Source: Eledone cirrhosa (Eukaryota). Taken from it: a stretch of 64,000 nt of DNA. The notes beneath the pieces were generated by a model that saw only the letters and a program-made list of their open reading frames with translations, made no database searches and was not told where the DNA came from. The stretch spans positions 36,518,001-36,582,000 of the forward strand of contig OZ024751.1 of NCBI GenBank assembly GCA_964016885.1. Reading direction: 5' to 3'. Position 1 is the first letter of the stretch. Every line of letters starts with the position of its first letter. Below, one piece after another: positions 14,901 to 27,637 of this stretch. A program made the translations under genes and the position numbers.

Positions 14901-16424
14901 TTTTTTTATTTGTTTAAATCTGCAATTTTTATAATTTTTTTAATTTTTTATATTGAGGTGGGAGTGGGGAGCTATGTTTTTTTTTTTTGAAAGATTTAGA
15001 AATTTTCAATTTTAATTTTATTACTGTGTTATATAATTTTATCTTTAATGCTTTTCCTTCTTTGTTTCTTCTCTTTCGATACGCATCACAATTAGTGGTG
15101 TTGGTGGTGGTAATAGTTTGGGGGGAGGGGGCCACATATTGACCCGTTAGGATTAAAATAAAGGCTTTTTTTTATGTGGTCTATAAAATATCTTTATTAT
15201 TAATTTTTTATAGCTGGGTTTAAAATATAGTTTAAAAAAAAAAAAAAAAAAAATTCATCCGCTCTTCTCACTCCAAAAAAGAAAAAAAAAAAAAAACAAT
15301 GTTCATTTAAAGAATAAAAAATTAAAAATGGAAAAAAAAAAAAACCAAAACATTCACAGATATTTTGTGGGGGGGATGGGGGAGGAGAATTCTTCAGAAG
15401 GAAGAAAAATATTTATCTTAATATGACATTGTCAAATCGTCGGGTTCACCTCAGGTAAACCCTGAGTGGTTTCCTCACGAGCCCAGCCCTATCACCAAAC
15501 TTTATTTTTAAATTATGAACTACTATTTACTTCCATAACATAGATTCACACACACACACACACATATGTGAATACACACATGTGCATATATATAAGTATG
15601 TATATATAAATATATGTGTGTCTATATGCATATAAGTGAATCTATTTGCATATATATGTATTTTTATGCACGTGTATCTATATGCATATATCTGTATATA
15701 TATGTATACATACACACACATTCACGTATACATATAAACACAAACATATATACACATACATATATACACATACATATATAGATAATATACATGTATATAA
15801 AATAGAAGAATTGGAGCTTTGACATTTTCAAGAGATTTTCTTCCTCTTTTCTCTCCAATCACTAACTGTCACTTTAATATTTCTTTTAAATATATTGGTT
15901 TTTGAGTGAGTGTGTATGATTTTGTAGGTAAATTTCATTATATATGCATATAGACATTATATATATATATATATATATTATATATACATATATATTTATA
16001 CATACACATACCTGTCTATATAGATATATATCTATATAATCTTCCAAATTTGGATAAACTTATAAATTCTTTCAATAAAATCTGTTAATTATATATATAT
16101 GCATATATATGTATATATGCATATATATAGATTTATATATATAATACTCATATATATAATACTTTATATATATCTATATATATATGGATTTATAATCTCA
16201 TGAATAACGGCAACAAATGAGAAGACTCATTTCATTAATTGTCCTGTGGGGAAAGAGAAGGAACGGCCTCTTTCAGTGAACGGAAATGTCTTTTGCTGTT
16301 TTTTTTTTTTTTTTTACTTATGCATTATATGTATTTAGATCTTTACTTTCTCTGTCTTTTTATAATATAATATAATATAATATAATATAATATATATATA
16401 TATGTGTATATATATATGCGTATG
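5596..16424 (-). other. Putative ~10.8 kb MEX3 3'UTR
   Basis: No recognisable SINE/LINE copies, unlike both flanks. Rich in homopolymer runs, mostly U in the transcript sense. Ends at AATAAA followed by a U-rich element. Confidence 0.5.
14045..14147. repeat. ~43-bp tandem repeat, about 2.5 copies
   Basis: tgtgtcagaaaggtcaaacacaca.acatac..actatc.ttc is repeated. Confidence 0.85.
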
Positions 16425-17869
16425 TTAAGAAAATATGCGGATTGCCTGAGTGGGAGTTTGTTCACAGACCGGGCAAAGTCGCTCCACAGTCGGCTTTTCA
16501 ACAATGAGATTGGCACACTCCATACAGAACAGGTTGTGGCCGCACGGAACAAGTGCGGCGACAACCTCACTCTCAGAGCACACAAGGCAGTTACGTCGAG
16601 GACGGCTACCAACACCCCCTCCTCCTGGTGGTGGCGATTCTGGACAAGAACTAGTGATGCTGGTGACTGTTGTCGAAGAGGTAGTAGCGTAGTTGTTTGT
16701 ACAGGTTGGTAGAGGTCCGAAAGATGTTGAAATGCCAGTTAGGCTACCAGTCAATGGATCACTTCGAATCCGTCGAAGCATGGGATGATGGTCCAAGCTG
16801 CTACTACTGTCACCCATAGTCGTAGTGTTCAGACTTCCTGTCACGGCGGTACCGTTTGCCATCGCTTCAGCAGACTCTAAAGTGGGTGAAAGGCGGGGCG
16901 TTGTGTTAGCCCCACCACCGAGACTGCTTCGCCGTCCAGCTGTGACAGATGAACAGGAGGTGGTATTAGTATTTGTGGGGTTACTACCAGTTGATGTAAA
17001 CACCGAGACTAGAGATGAACCTCTGTTGGGAGGTGCTGGATCACTCAACTCTGGCCAAAGACCAGCAGGTGATGGAACAGGGTCAAAAGATGGTGAGCTA
17101 ATTCCTTCATCGTTGTCATAAATGCTAAAACTGTTAAAGGCAAACCCATTTGTAAGCGGGTTATAAGTATCCGTCGTCAATTTGGAAGTTGTTGAGGTGA
17201 CAGGTGGGAAATTAAAAATTGTAGGCTCCTGACTACGCCGAGATATAAGGGTTCCGTTTAAACCCGAGCTTGTGTAAGCTGTAAATGCTGATGAACTCGC
17301 TGTTTTGGGGTAGACAGATGCAATGTCCGTTCCTAATTCGTGAAACCCCGAATCAACACCATTTGTGTGAAAATCATTCTCGTCTTGCTGTTGGTGGGCT
17401 TCAATAAGTCCACCAGTACGCATGGCGATGTGACTTTCTATTTCTTGACGGGCCTTCTCGACATTCTCAGGTAAGCCCGTCACATCAAATACAGGTTCTT
17501 TGTCTCTGCTCGGTGTGATAATGTACGTGTGTGTTTGCTGCTGGATCCTTTTAATCGTGGCACCTTTCGGGCCTACAACAAGCCCTACAACTCTGTAGGG
17601 AACCCGTACCTGAATTGTTACGTGACCGGGAGTATTAGGACTAGGCGGGCCAGGGGTCAGGTTTGAATTTGTCCCTGAGACACCTGAAGCACTGTTGTTT
17701 CTTCTAGATGCTCGAATTTGGCTGAAGTGGTCAGCGGCAGAAAGTATTTCTCTCTTTGCTGCAGCTACATCTTCTTTGCGACCAGTGACCACAAATACAG
17801 GCTCCTCTCCCCGTACTGGAGTTTTGATATATGTGTTGGTTTTTGCACGTAGGGCTTTGATCTTGCATC
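16425..17869 (-). CDS. MEX3: Last coding exon of MEX3 RNA-binding E3 ubiquitin ligase (KH1 C-terminal part, KH2, RING)
   Basis: The ORF 16425..17792 extends upstream in frame as (G)CKIKALRAKTNTYIKTPVRGEEPVFVVTGRKEDV. KH2 reads VRVPYRVVGLVVGPKGATIKRIQQQTHTYIITPSRDKEPVF. The terminal RING reads CLVC...PCGHNLFCMEC...CPVC, with TAA at 16425-16427. These match the MEX3 family. The listed GTG 'start' is internal. Confidence 0.97.
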
Positions 17870-17898
17870 CTGTAAGAAGAGAAAGAAATATAAGTTAG
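17870..17898 (-). other. 3' splice site: branch point, polypyrimidine tract and AG
   Basis: Minus strand reads CTAAC-ttatatttctttctcttcttaCAG|GA TGC AAG ATC. AG is at 17871-17870 and CTAAC at 17898-17894. A phase-1 junction restores the Gly of GRQG. Confidence 0.93.
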
Positions 17899-18293
17899 AA
17901 AAAGTTATAGTTTTAATTTCAAATTTCATTAGTAAATTTCAAGAAATTTATAATTTAAATTAAAAATAAATTCAATTTCACAAAATATGTAACTCAAATA
18001 CACTGAAGATTGTTTTCAAGAACCATTAAGGAAGTTACAAATTAAAATTTTTTTTTTTTAAAACAGTAGTATGATGGCCATATAAGTCCCTAGAAAAGAA
18101 AAAAAGTAGACAGCACCACCCATGGGTGAAACTGTCCCCTTGTTTCTGTCTAGGAGCTTATATGCCTAGAAGACTATTTTTCATAGTCAAAAACATGTTT
18201 TGAAGCTATTAACTATCAAGTTGGTCTCAAAATTCAAAATACGAAAGATTGTAGCTCATATGAACCCACTATTATGGATGGCTCAAGTTTTTC

Positions 18294-18716
18294 TTCATCA
18301 TCATCATCATCAGGTTTAGCGTCCCGTGTTCCACGCTTGCATGGGTTTGGACGGGGGTTTTCCCACTTGAGGCAAGAGTGGTTGTCTTGCTTGCATAGGA
18401 CTGTCTGGCGGGTTTTCTACAGTTGGATGCCCTTCCTAACACCAACCACATTTACAGTGTGGGGCTGGGAGGTTTTTACCGTGTTGCCTACACGGCCACA
18501 TTTACAGCGTGGACTGTGTGTTTTTTTGTCGTGACACCTACACGATCTCATTTGTTTCGGCCTGGATGTTGTGGGACCAACATAACTTTACATTGAAAGG
18601 AGCGGTGTGGATGGGGTGGTTGATAGAGACGCCTACTGACTATAGTAGGTTTTTACTTTGTATTTAGGTAAGGCGGATCTTCTCTATTACTGAGTACCGC
18701 CAAAGGTCTCGGTCCA
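18294..18716 (-). mobile_element. 5'-truncated RTE-type LINE 3' end (family B)
   Basis: Minus strand 18714-18664 encodes DRDLWRYSVIEKIRLT*, an RTE-like C-terminus. It is followed by a 3'UTR with GTTAGGAAGGGCATCCA and a (TGA)n tail. Several copies occur in the window. Confidence 0.8.
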
Positions 18717-18983
18717 CCTATTAAATCAAATCCACTGTATATTATTGGCAATGTTAAAAACAAAAAACATGCTTGAAGATTGTGGTACAGACAGATCCAC
18801 TATATTATGGATTCCTAAATTTTGTTCTTATTCAAATTGGATCCATTATATAGTATCCGTTATATGGAAACAATACTAGAACGACAAAAAAAAATTGTTT
18901 TGACTTCATACCTAATCTTATTTTTACAGTCAAGTGCTATACCTAAACATAGAACTCCAGGCAGGAAACTAGTAAAATATAAT

Positions 18984-19173
18984 AATTGTTTCTACTGTTT
19001 GGCATAAGGCCAGCAATTACCCAGTGCATTACTGGTACTTTATTTTATCGACCCCATAAGGATGACAGGCAAAGTTAACCTCGGTGGGATTTGAACTCAG
19101 AATGGCAAGGGCCGTAACTCTATGCATCAAAGCATGGCGTCTGACCCTCCACTGATACTGTCAATCCACTGCC
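18984..19173 (-). mobile_element. tRNA-derived SINE family A (MetaSINE-like core), full length
   Basis: B box GAGTTCAAATCCC, core GCCT.TCATCCTT..GGGGTCGATAAAATAAAGTACCAG and an (ATT) tail. At least 10 copies occur in the window. Confidence 0.85.
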
Positions 19174-20042
19174 ATGTAAATAATAAAAACAAAAATGTTT
19201 TAAGGCAATTTTCCCTGCCCTGCCAGCCTCGTGATATGCTTTGTACCTATAATGAAGTTATTTAAGAAATATTTCATGGTCTGATCCCATTCCTGAGGCC
19301 AACATATTCAGGCAGCTCTTACAACTTCCAGGTATATGGTGTACCTATTCTAAACGGAATACACACAGTATGAAATATGGGGGGGGGGGGTTTCCTGAAA
19401 ATATCGGTAGAACATTGTGAACCATTTCAAAACTAAACTGGTGCACACAGTTGAAAGATGAAATAACGCAGCAATATGTATTTGCTGAGCCAAACTTGCT
19501 TTTTTAATAGAGGCAGTGTGGTGTAAGAAACAGACCAATATTTGCAGAGTGAAACCTGCTTTAATACAGCAGTCACTGTGACATTAACAGACACTCAACT
19601 AGAGACATGTTCTGACTATCTAAAATAAATAAAATAAATAAATAAATAAATAAATAAACAAACAGTTTTAGAAGCTTCTATTCAACTGAACCTGCCACAT
19701 TGAAAGAAAACAAAAACAATTTCTCTGATGCTAATAAAATATTGAAATGGCTGGCTGCTAAAGATTCTAGATATAAATTCTAAAATATGACAATTCAATA
19801 CTTTGCTATGGCATAACATGTGATGCTAATAAAACGATGCACCAAACATGGTAAAAAAAACCCAAACAAAACAAAAATAAATGTAAAACAAAAACATTTG
19901 TAAATATTGGAATCTGGGTCAAATAGAATAGAAAAATTGTGGAATTTCATAATTCAATACTTCATAATTAAGTCTACATATGTATGTATATATATGTGTG
20001 TGTGTGTATGTGTTTGTATGTGGATGTGTATATATATATAAA

Positions 20043-20083
<41 letters not shown>

Positions 20084-20942
20084 ATATACACACACATACA
20101 TGATATGATGTATAAGTGTTATCAAGTGCTACCAGTTTGTCAAAGCTATTTGCATTGAAAAGGCTAAAACACCCTACCCCTTCCCTCCACTGAACCAGTT
20201 GTGGAAGAGGAAGTTCGTTTATGAATGGCTGTTTCCAAACTAAACCAATGTAGCGAGATGTTTGCAGACAGTATTTACTGTATAGAAATAGAAAGTTAAT
20301 ATTTATTTTATACCAAACATTGCTTAGTTCATTCAAAACCTCACCACCATCAAAAGGGGGTCAGAATTCCTTTTATTTTACTGGATTTTAGCCATTAGAC
20401 TGTGGCCATGCTGGGGCACTGTCTTCAAGTTCAAGGTATTTAATTGGTCTTTACAACCCAAGTATTTTATTTTTTCAAGTCTGGTACTTATTTTATTGAT
20501 CGATCTTGTTTTGTTTATTTTTGTTGAACTAGCAAGTTACACAAGATAATTACACCACAAACAGAGTTTCTGTGAAGTTACTGCCTACCAAACTTCATTC
20601 AAGGTATTCTTTAAACTTGCCCAGTCTGCCATACAGTATGAACTCAAACCAAATTCCTTAATCACATCTACATTACATAATCATCAGTCTTTTATGGCTT
20701 TTCCCCAACCAAATTCACCCACAATGTATGGTTTGGTTCAGAGCCTTTAATAGAAGACACTTGCTCAAGTTCCTGTACAGCAACAGACACGTCAAGGACA
20801 TATCCTGCTACAAATAATCAGCTGGGACAGCTAATATATATGGCTTACAATAATATATGCCATGGTCGGCTCCCATCACGTGTTCAGTAAAAGTCTGAAT
20901 GTGTGTGTCGCCTTTTCTCTTTCTGGTAATAATTTTTGAACG

Positions 20943-20995
<53 letters not shown>

Positions 20996-22707
20996 GGAGA
21001 TTAGCTTTTGAAGCATTAAGAGAAGCCAGAATCTCTCTGAAAGCAAAATTTTTATTCCATTTCAACTAAATTCCTTAGACAAAAAGTTTTAAAATAAGAA
21101 AAACACATCATGGCTTAGACTCCAGCTGCATTGATCCTATTTTTTACCTCTGGATTACCTAAGCTGAAGGGAGAAGTTGATAAGATTACATTTAATCCAG
21201 ACCCCCCCCCCCCCCCAAACATCCCTCTTCCATTTTTTTAAAAAGATTATTTAATGTCTGTAATTCCACGAGATTCTAAACATTTTATAAAATCAAATAT
21301 AGTCACTTATCAAAAATATTGTTCTGGGAATAAATTATATCAACTACTAAACTACAAATTGAAAGGGACTATGGAGAGCCGTGACAAATTAGTCCATTGT
21401 CTTATTGGTTATTGGTTGATTTGGTAGTTGTTAGAGTGAGGGATATATGTATTGAATCCTTGTGCTCAAATCCTTGAGTTCAAATCATGCTGAGGTCCAC
21501 ATTGTATCACTTTGGAAGAATTAAAAACAAAGCTAGAGCAGTCCTCTCCTAGATCAAAGGAGGGAGGCACAAGAAGGCACCTGCTTGTACATTCAGCTCC
21601 GATACCAACACCTAAAACTACTCTAGTTTTATGGTTCTTCCAGGCCATACTCAATTGAGACTACTGGTCATAGACCATGTACTCTATATAAGAATTATTT
21701 TAAGTTATACTCTTCAAACACCATCTTAATAATGAGAAAGTCTTTATTACTAAATCCCTCTAATTTTTTTTTTATTTTCAAAATTAATTGAAAACAATAG
21801 GCATAGTATTATGGTAACAAAAGGGTTATCAGCTGCATGTTCTCTTTACTACTTAACAGTTTAGCTGTGAAATAAGAGTGGTATCTAATATCAGTCAAGT
21901 AGACTGAGGTAATTGAAGTGGTGGTGTTAGTCACTGTAAGTTGAGTAACTTGGCATATTATAGTGTTTCAGAATCACATAAAATAACAACCTAGTAACCT
22001 TAATAATCCCTCCATTGAAATTTTTGAAATTATCAAAACATTGGCCTCAGCTGGTCGGCTGAAACGCGCAATAGTGTAATATATTCCATGTCATATATCC
22101 CAAATGTTGATTAGGAATTGCTAATTGGTAACAGCTTCCTTACAATTTCACTTTCTACACCATCAGAACATGTGAACGTCCCAAACAGAGAAAATGACCA
22201 TAATAAGAGTCGATCACTACAAATATTAGTTGAGAAAATTTACCCAATTTCCTCAACTATTATCTACAGCCATTGCCTCTTAGTTTTTCTGTGTATGATG
22301 GGACACTCATATTTTAGCATAATGGCAATACACACACACTTATGACATTTGGAAGATACTAAGTTGATTTCTTTGTAGGCAACTGTCCACTTTCTTTTCC
22401 ATCTTTCAGGGAAATTTATCAATTTTTTTCTATTATCTACAGTGGCTGACTTAGTTATTTTGTGCATTTGATACGCTCACATTTTCAATACACTTCCAGT
22501 GTTTTGATAATTCGTAGAGTTTCTTTCTAAAGTAGTTTTCTCTCCCACAAAATAGCCCGTGATGTGGCAAATGGGGAATTGGTTGAGTCCATTGTGTCGG
22601 GAAGACGGCTTTGTGGGCTTATTTAGCTTGTACATTGCTTTTCATCCTTTCAGGGTTGATAGAAGTGGTAAATTGGGTCATGGGTCTTAGACACTGTCCA
22701 CCTGTGT

Positions 22708-22939
22708 TTAGCCCTTTATCATTCACATTACTCTATATATACTATTATATTTTCATGGAAAAGGCTTTACCTCGCGTAATTATCTCACATAATATCGAAT
22801 CTATGAGATTTTGAAAGTATTTATTTGGAGAACAATACATCAGTTTGAGTGGCCAGTTACAGCCAGTTACAGCCAGTTTCAACAGAAAGAGGTAGAGAAT
22901 TCTGGCCGGTTTTGGCCGGTTTGAACATTAAAGGGTTAG
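22708..22939 (+). mobile_element. TTAA/CCC..GGG MITE family 1 (piggyBac-like)
   Basis: Colinear with 49621-49845; ends ttagcccttt...aaagggttag. Confidence 0.7.
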
Positions 22940-23407
22940 AGATTCTTCTATTGTAACACCAACACAAGGTGTTGTCGTGTCTGAAACGGGATCATAGGCT
23001 TGTCTAAAATCTACCTTGTCTTGGTTCAATAACTACCAAGTAGCACCTAGACTAGAGTATTTGCATTGAAACTTGCAATTCATGTACAACAGAAAAAGAC
23101 GGAGATGTTTGTGAAATTCAGTAATTATATCAAGTAAAGCAGGTAAAATAAATACTGCACCAAGGTATGTATTTATCTCCAGGTAACTAATAGTACAGGT
23201 GCCAAGATATTCAGGCATGAAAGTCTATGCATGTAAGGTAAGCAAATAGGTAGACATTGATGCAGACAAGGCATTTACTGCAGATATGAAAATAGAAATG
23301 TCTATCTAGAAATTAGTGTTGGAAAATTGTGACAAATAGGAGCTGGGGAAGAAAAGAAAATATTGTTTGTCTAGTTAAACCACAAAATATAAGATAAGTT
23401 TGATTAT

Positions 23408-23547
23408 AATTGTTTCTGTTTTTGGCACAAGGCCAGCAATTACCCAGTACATTACTGGTACTTTATTTTATCGACCCCATAAGGATGAAAGGCAAAGTTA
23501 ATCTCGACGGGATTTGAACTCCGACTGTAAAGGGACGTAACTATGCT
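23408..23547 (-). mobile_element. SINE family A, 5'-truncated, with TSD
   Basis: Core match; aagtttgattata is duplicated on both sides. Confidence 0.85.
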
Positions 23548-23574
23548 GGAAGTTTGATTATAATATATTCTGGT

Positions 23575-23720
23575 TATAAAAAAGGTTGGATAACATTGGT
23601 GAGCTCAGATGGTCTTGCTTTGGGATCCAGCCAGAACAAATGGAGATGACTGCCTCTGACAGGACCTAAAGGAATGTTTCAGGACTGCCCCCAGGACTCT
23701 CCCAAGAATAAGTGGGGGCA
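23575..23720 (+). mobile_element. Decayed RTE LINE 3' fragment
   Basis: Similar to 26637-26775 (aaaaaggttggataacat..gagctc...ctctgacagg...gaataa.tggg). Confidence 0.65.
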
Positions 23721-24751
23721 AAAATCAGCATTTAGAAATAGAAAGAGAATCATCATTTTTACATTTGTTCTTTCATGTTAACAAGGCCGAAGATTAACCT
23801 GGTTCCACATAGAGATATGGTAACAAAATGGTTAACTAATTCCAAGGAATTACAGTATTTTAAGCATTTACTAAAACATGTATTACTTAGGTTTTATCGT
23901 AAATAGGAATCCTTTGAAACTTTGAAACGAGTGGTTCTGTTTCATAGAAACGAATGCAGTTTTGGGTAGGTGGGATTTTTTAATAAGGTTAAAAGCAACT
24001 TTGATCATTGCAGAGCTAATCCACAGCTGCTGCTAGAAGTACTTAATTTTAACTGAGTGAGCTGGAGCAATTTGTCTGGCTGAGGGACACAATGGGCCAC
24101 ATAGATCATGTGCCTTCTCAATGTTCTTCACCACAAGAAACCACATGAGCAAGTCAACAGTACAATGACAACAAAAATCTAATGCAGTAAATTTTCACAA
24201 ACGATCGATGAGCAAAGATGCTATAAAAATTTGAATTAAACTGGTATTTAGATAAGTTTGTGATTAATTGCATGACCTGCTGAGTTAAATCTGCATTTAG
24301 GCTACTACCAGTTACATGCCTTGTATGAATAGATAGATAGATAGATAGATAGACAGAGAGGGATTGAGAGATTAAATAGATATGTAATATGAGACGTTAA
24401 CAGATGTGAAAGCCTACCAAAACAGAAGCCGGGTTGGTCGGCTGGCTGGCGACATGTTCTGTGTGACCCATCATTAATTGAGAAATAATTACAGATAACA
24501 TAAACATTAGGAGAGGGCAACTAGAAAGACATTCTAAACATAGGGGCTTATTACGACAAATATTACAAGTAGTAGCAGTAGTAGTAATAGTACTACTACT
24601 CTTTACTATAACAATATTACTTGCTATGAATGCAGCCACAGCTGGTTACGAAGTTCACTTTGCAACCATTTGGTCTCGCTGCCTGCAAGTGAAATTGAGA
24701 AAATTTGTTGAACTGCACCAATAATTGCAAATGCATTGCCACAACATATAC

Positions 24752-24890
24752 TGGTTTCTGATTAAGGCACAAGGTCAGCAGTTTTAGGGAGGGGAAAGTC
24801 GATTAAACTGACCACAGTGTGTGTTACTGGTGTTTTATTTTATTGACCCCGTAAGATGAAAGGCAAAGCTAACCTCGACGGGATTTGAAC
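24752..24890 (-). mobile_element. SINE family A variant
   Basis: ggcacaaggtcagca...actggtgttttattttattgaccccgtaagatgaaaggcaaag...gggatttgaac. Confidence 0.75.
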
Positions 24891-25729
24891 ACACATTGCT
24901 TTCATTACTGGCCCAGATACTGCTTTCATTACTGGCCCAGATATTGCTTGCCTTACTGAACCCGATATATTGTTTCTAATGTTAAAATTGCTTTCATAAT
25001 TCTGCATCCAAATTGCTATTGCTATTCCTGCACCAATATTGTTACTATGTTATTAGCATTGGTACTAAAGTAATATTGCCTCTCTTATACTAATATTGTT
25101 ACTACCACTTCTGTTATTAACAGCGAGTTCCCAATTGGTAGCACACTGGATTAAATTCATGTTATCACATTCCTGGAATCATGGAGTAACTAGCTAACAA
25201 CAGCTATTAATTACTTGCAGACAAGAGAAAAATCTTGCATGATCTGATATAGAGAGAGACTGGGAGGGAGCTGGTTTCAGAGTGAAGGAAATTTAGATAG
25301 ATAAAGCTTGGAAACTAACCCCCAACACATTTAATATTGCCCTGTAGTGGGTCTTAAATACCATACTTAACTGGTCATTTCATTTTTACAGTGACTATAA
25401 TAATACTTTGAACAAGCAATGCTTGCTGTGTGTTTGCGTGTGTAACCGCTTGTATATGAACTGTGTAAAACCAACTGTGTGTGTGTGTGAGAGTGTGCGT
25501 ATGTGTGTGTTTATACATGGAGTGTATCCATTAGATCAATTATTGACATCTAGAATGTTCCAGCCAACCGTGCAAGCAACAGTAAAGTCCAAGTGTTATA
25601 GGAGAGTGTTTATAATAGGCCGAAAAGGTTAAACTGTTGGAGCATTCAGCCATACAGTCAGTCATCCAAAATAGGAGATAACATTTTGGTGGGTTGTGAG
25701 ATATGGCAGGAAACAGGAGGATGGGGGGG

Positions 25730-26125
25730 GTGAGATGGAGATAACAGGAAACAGAGAGATGGGAAGAGAGAGAGAGGAAGAAAGAGAGAGAGCGGAAGAG
25801 AGAGCGATGAACAGAAAGAAACAAAGTGAGAGAAACAGAAAGAGAGAGAGAGAAACAAAGAAACAGAGAGATGAACAGAAAGAGAGAGACTGTGTGCAAA
25901 AGAGAGACAGAGGTGGAGAAAGTGTGCGTGCATGTGTGAGAGAAGAAAGGAAGCAGAGAGAAGGGTGGGACAGAGAGAGGGGGGGTGGGGGTGCAGATAT
26001 GGAGAGTGTGTTGGTAGATATTGTCTGATTATGCACAAAGAGGGAGAGAAAGAGAGGAAGAGAGAGAGGAAGAAAGAGAGGAAGAAAGAGAGGAAGAAAG
26101 AGAGAGAGACAAAGGACGAGAGAAA
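25730..26125. repeat. GA-rich low-complexity tract
   Basis: (GA)n and gagaggaagaaa repeats. Confidence 0.9.
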
Positions 26126-26459
26126 GTTGCATAAACTGAAGTCAGCTGAGACAAATAGCTAACAACAGCTGCAAGGCAGCAGTTCAACACAGCTGCCTTG
26201 CCTACGTGCATGCATGCATACATGCACGTGCATCAGCTGCAAATACCACCACCACCACTCCCAACAGCTGTCTGCTGCAAATAGCAATGTAATAGTTGCC
26301 AATATAAAATACAGCAGCAACAACACTATACTGCCTTACTATACACCACACTGCACCACATTAAACCTTAGTAAACCGGCCGTCTATGTTAATTTTACAG
26401 ATCCAAAAATGTGCATGCATATTTTTAATTTTACCTGACAAAGAATTGAGTAACATTAC

Positions 26460-26785
26460 TTGCTTGGCCGCGTAGCTTGGAGATCAAAGAGTCACTCCAG
26501 GTAGAGCCACTAGTCCGAATCGAGATATCACAGCTCCGATACTATGGGCATGTGGTTAGAATGTCTCAGGAATGCATAACTGGACAGATTTTATGGGCAA
26601 AACCAACAAGCAGGAGACCCAGGGGTAGACCCCGAGCAAAAAGGTTGGATAACATGCACGAGCTCGGCTGGTCTCACTTGGAGATCCTGCCAGATTAGTC
26701 GACGGTTGCTTCTGACAGGGTCTGTTGGAAGGAGTGCTTGAGAACTGCCCTCACGACCCTCTCAGGAATAAATGGGCGACAAAGA
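26460..26785 (+). mobile_element. RTE-clade LINE ORF C-terminal remnant
   Basis: IKESLQVEPLVRIEISQLRYYGHVVRM...KPTSRRPRGRPR matches the typical RTE LRWxGHVxRM...RPRGRP motif. Confidence 0.88.
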
Positions 26786-27637
26786 AATAATTGACTATAG
26801 ATCATACATGGTACATTGTATTTTATTTTGCACTCTTAAACCAGGCTACACAACCTTTTTCTAGCAGTGGCTCATCATAAAGTGGCCCACACTACTAAAA
26901 AGATTCAAGGCAATTTTGCAATTAATTATGTGATTCAGAAAGCCAAACTAACTGCATGCAGCTCACAGGCCTTGGTTTGCTCATTACTGCTCTAAATCAT
27001 AACCTCTTTTCATTCAAAACAATTAAAAATAATCAGATAAACAGAGGTGTATGTATTTGGTTTCGAATAGGTGTGCTGTATGCTACAAAAAGTGAAGGAA
27101 AGGTTTCGCACTAGGAAGAACATCCCATGAGGAGTATGAAGTTGGCTATATTTTTTTAATGTACTCATTTACATGAAAGTGAAATTTTGTAGGAAATATG
27201 CCCTCCACACACAAATAAAAAAAAAACCCACTGATGTTGTGCTTGACACCCTCCATTGCTTCAACAAAATGGTCAATGTATTGTCTTGGGGGGGGGGGGG
27301 GGGCAAGTACCCAGATTGATAAGAATCACAATGAACTTATTGGTGGGAGTGGGAGAAAGCAAAACCTACTTTTCTAAGAAAAGACATCCTATGATTATCA
27401 AAGAATATTGAAAAAGTACTCAAAAATTTGGTATGATTTCCATTAAAATGCTGCTCTGTTTTTTTGGAGAGGGTTTCTTTTTCCATAAAATTATGTTATT
27501 AGATAAATATAAACACCCTAAAACAGATTTTATCATATAGCAACAAGGACTGGGTTCCTAAGGCAGTCTGATGTCAAAAGGGTTAAGTACCCTGGCAGTT
27601 GATTATATTTTATATCAACAACGATTTGATATATTCC

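Noticed and set aside
12950-16200. Pumilio or MEX-3 recognition elements in the putative UTR
   Set aside because: Matches arise trivially from TA/CA microsatellites and degenerate consensus; uninformative without conservation data.
16343-17898. Overlapping and antisense ORFs over the MEX3 exon
   Set aside because: Shadow frames of a GC-richer coding exon with no recognisable motifs.
22264-22467. INFPERWKRKW, reminiscent of a mariner transposase C-terminus
   Set aside because: Too short, with no TIRs or other transposase motifs seen; would need a profile search.
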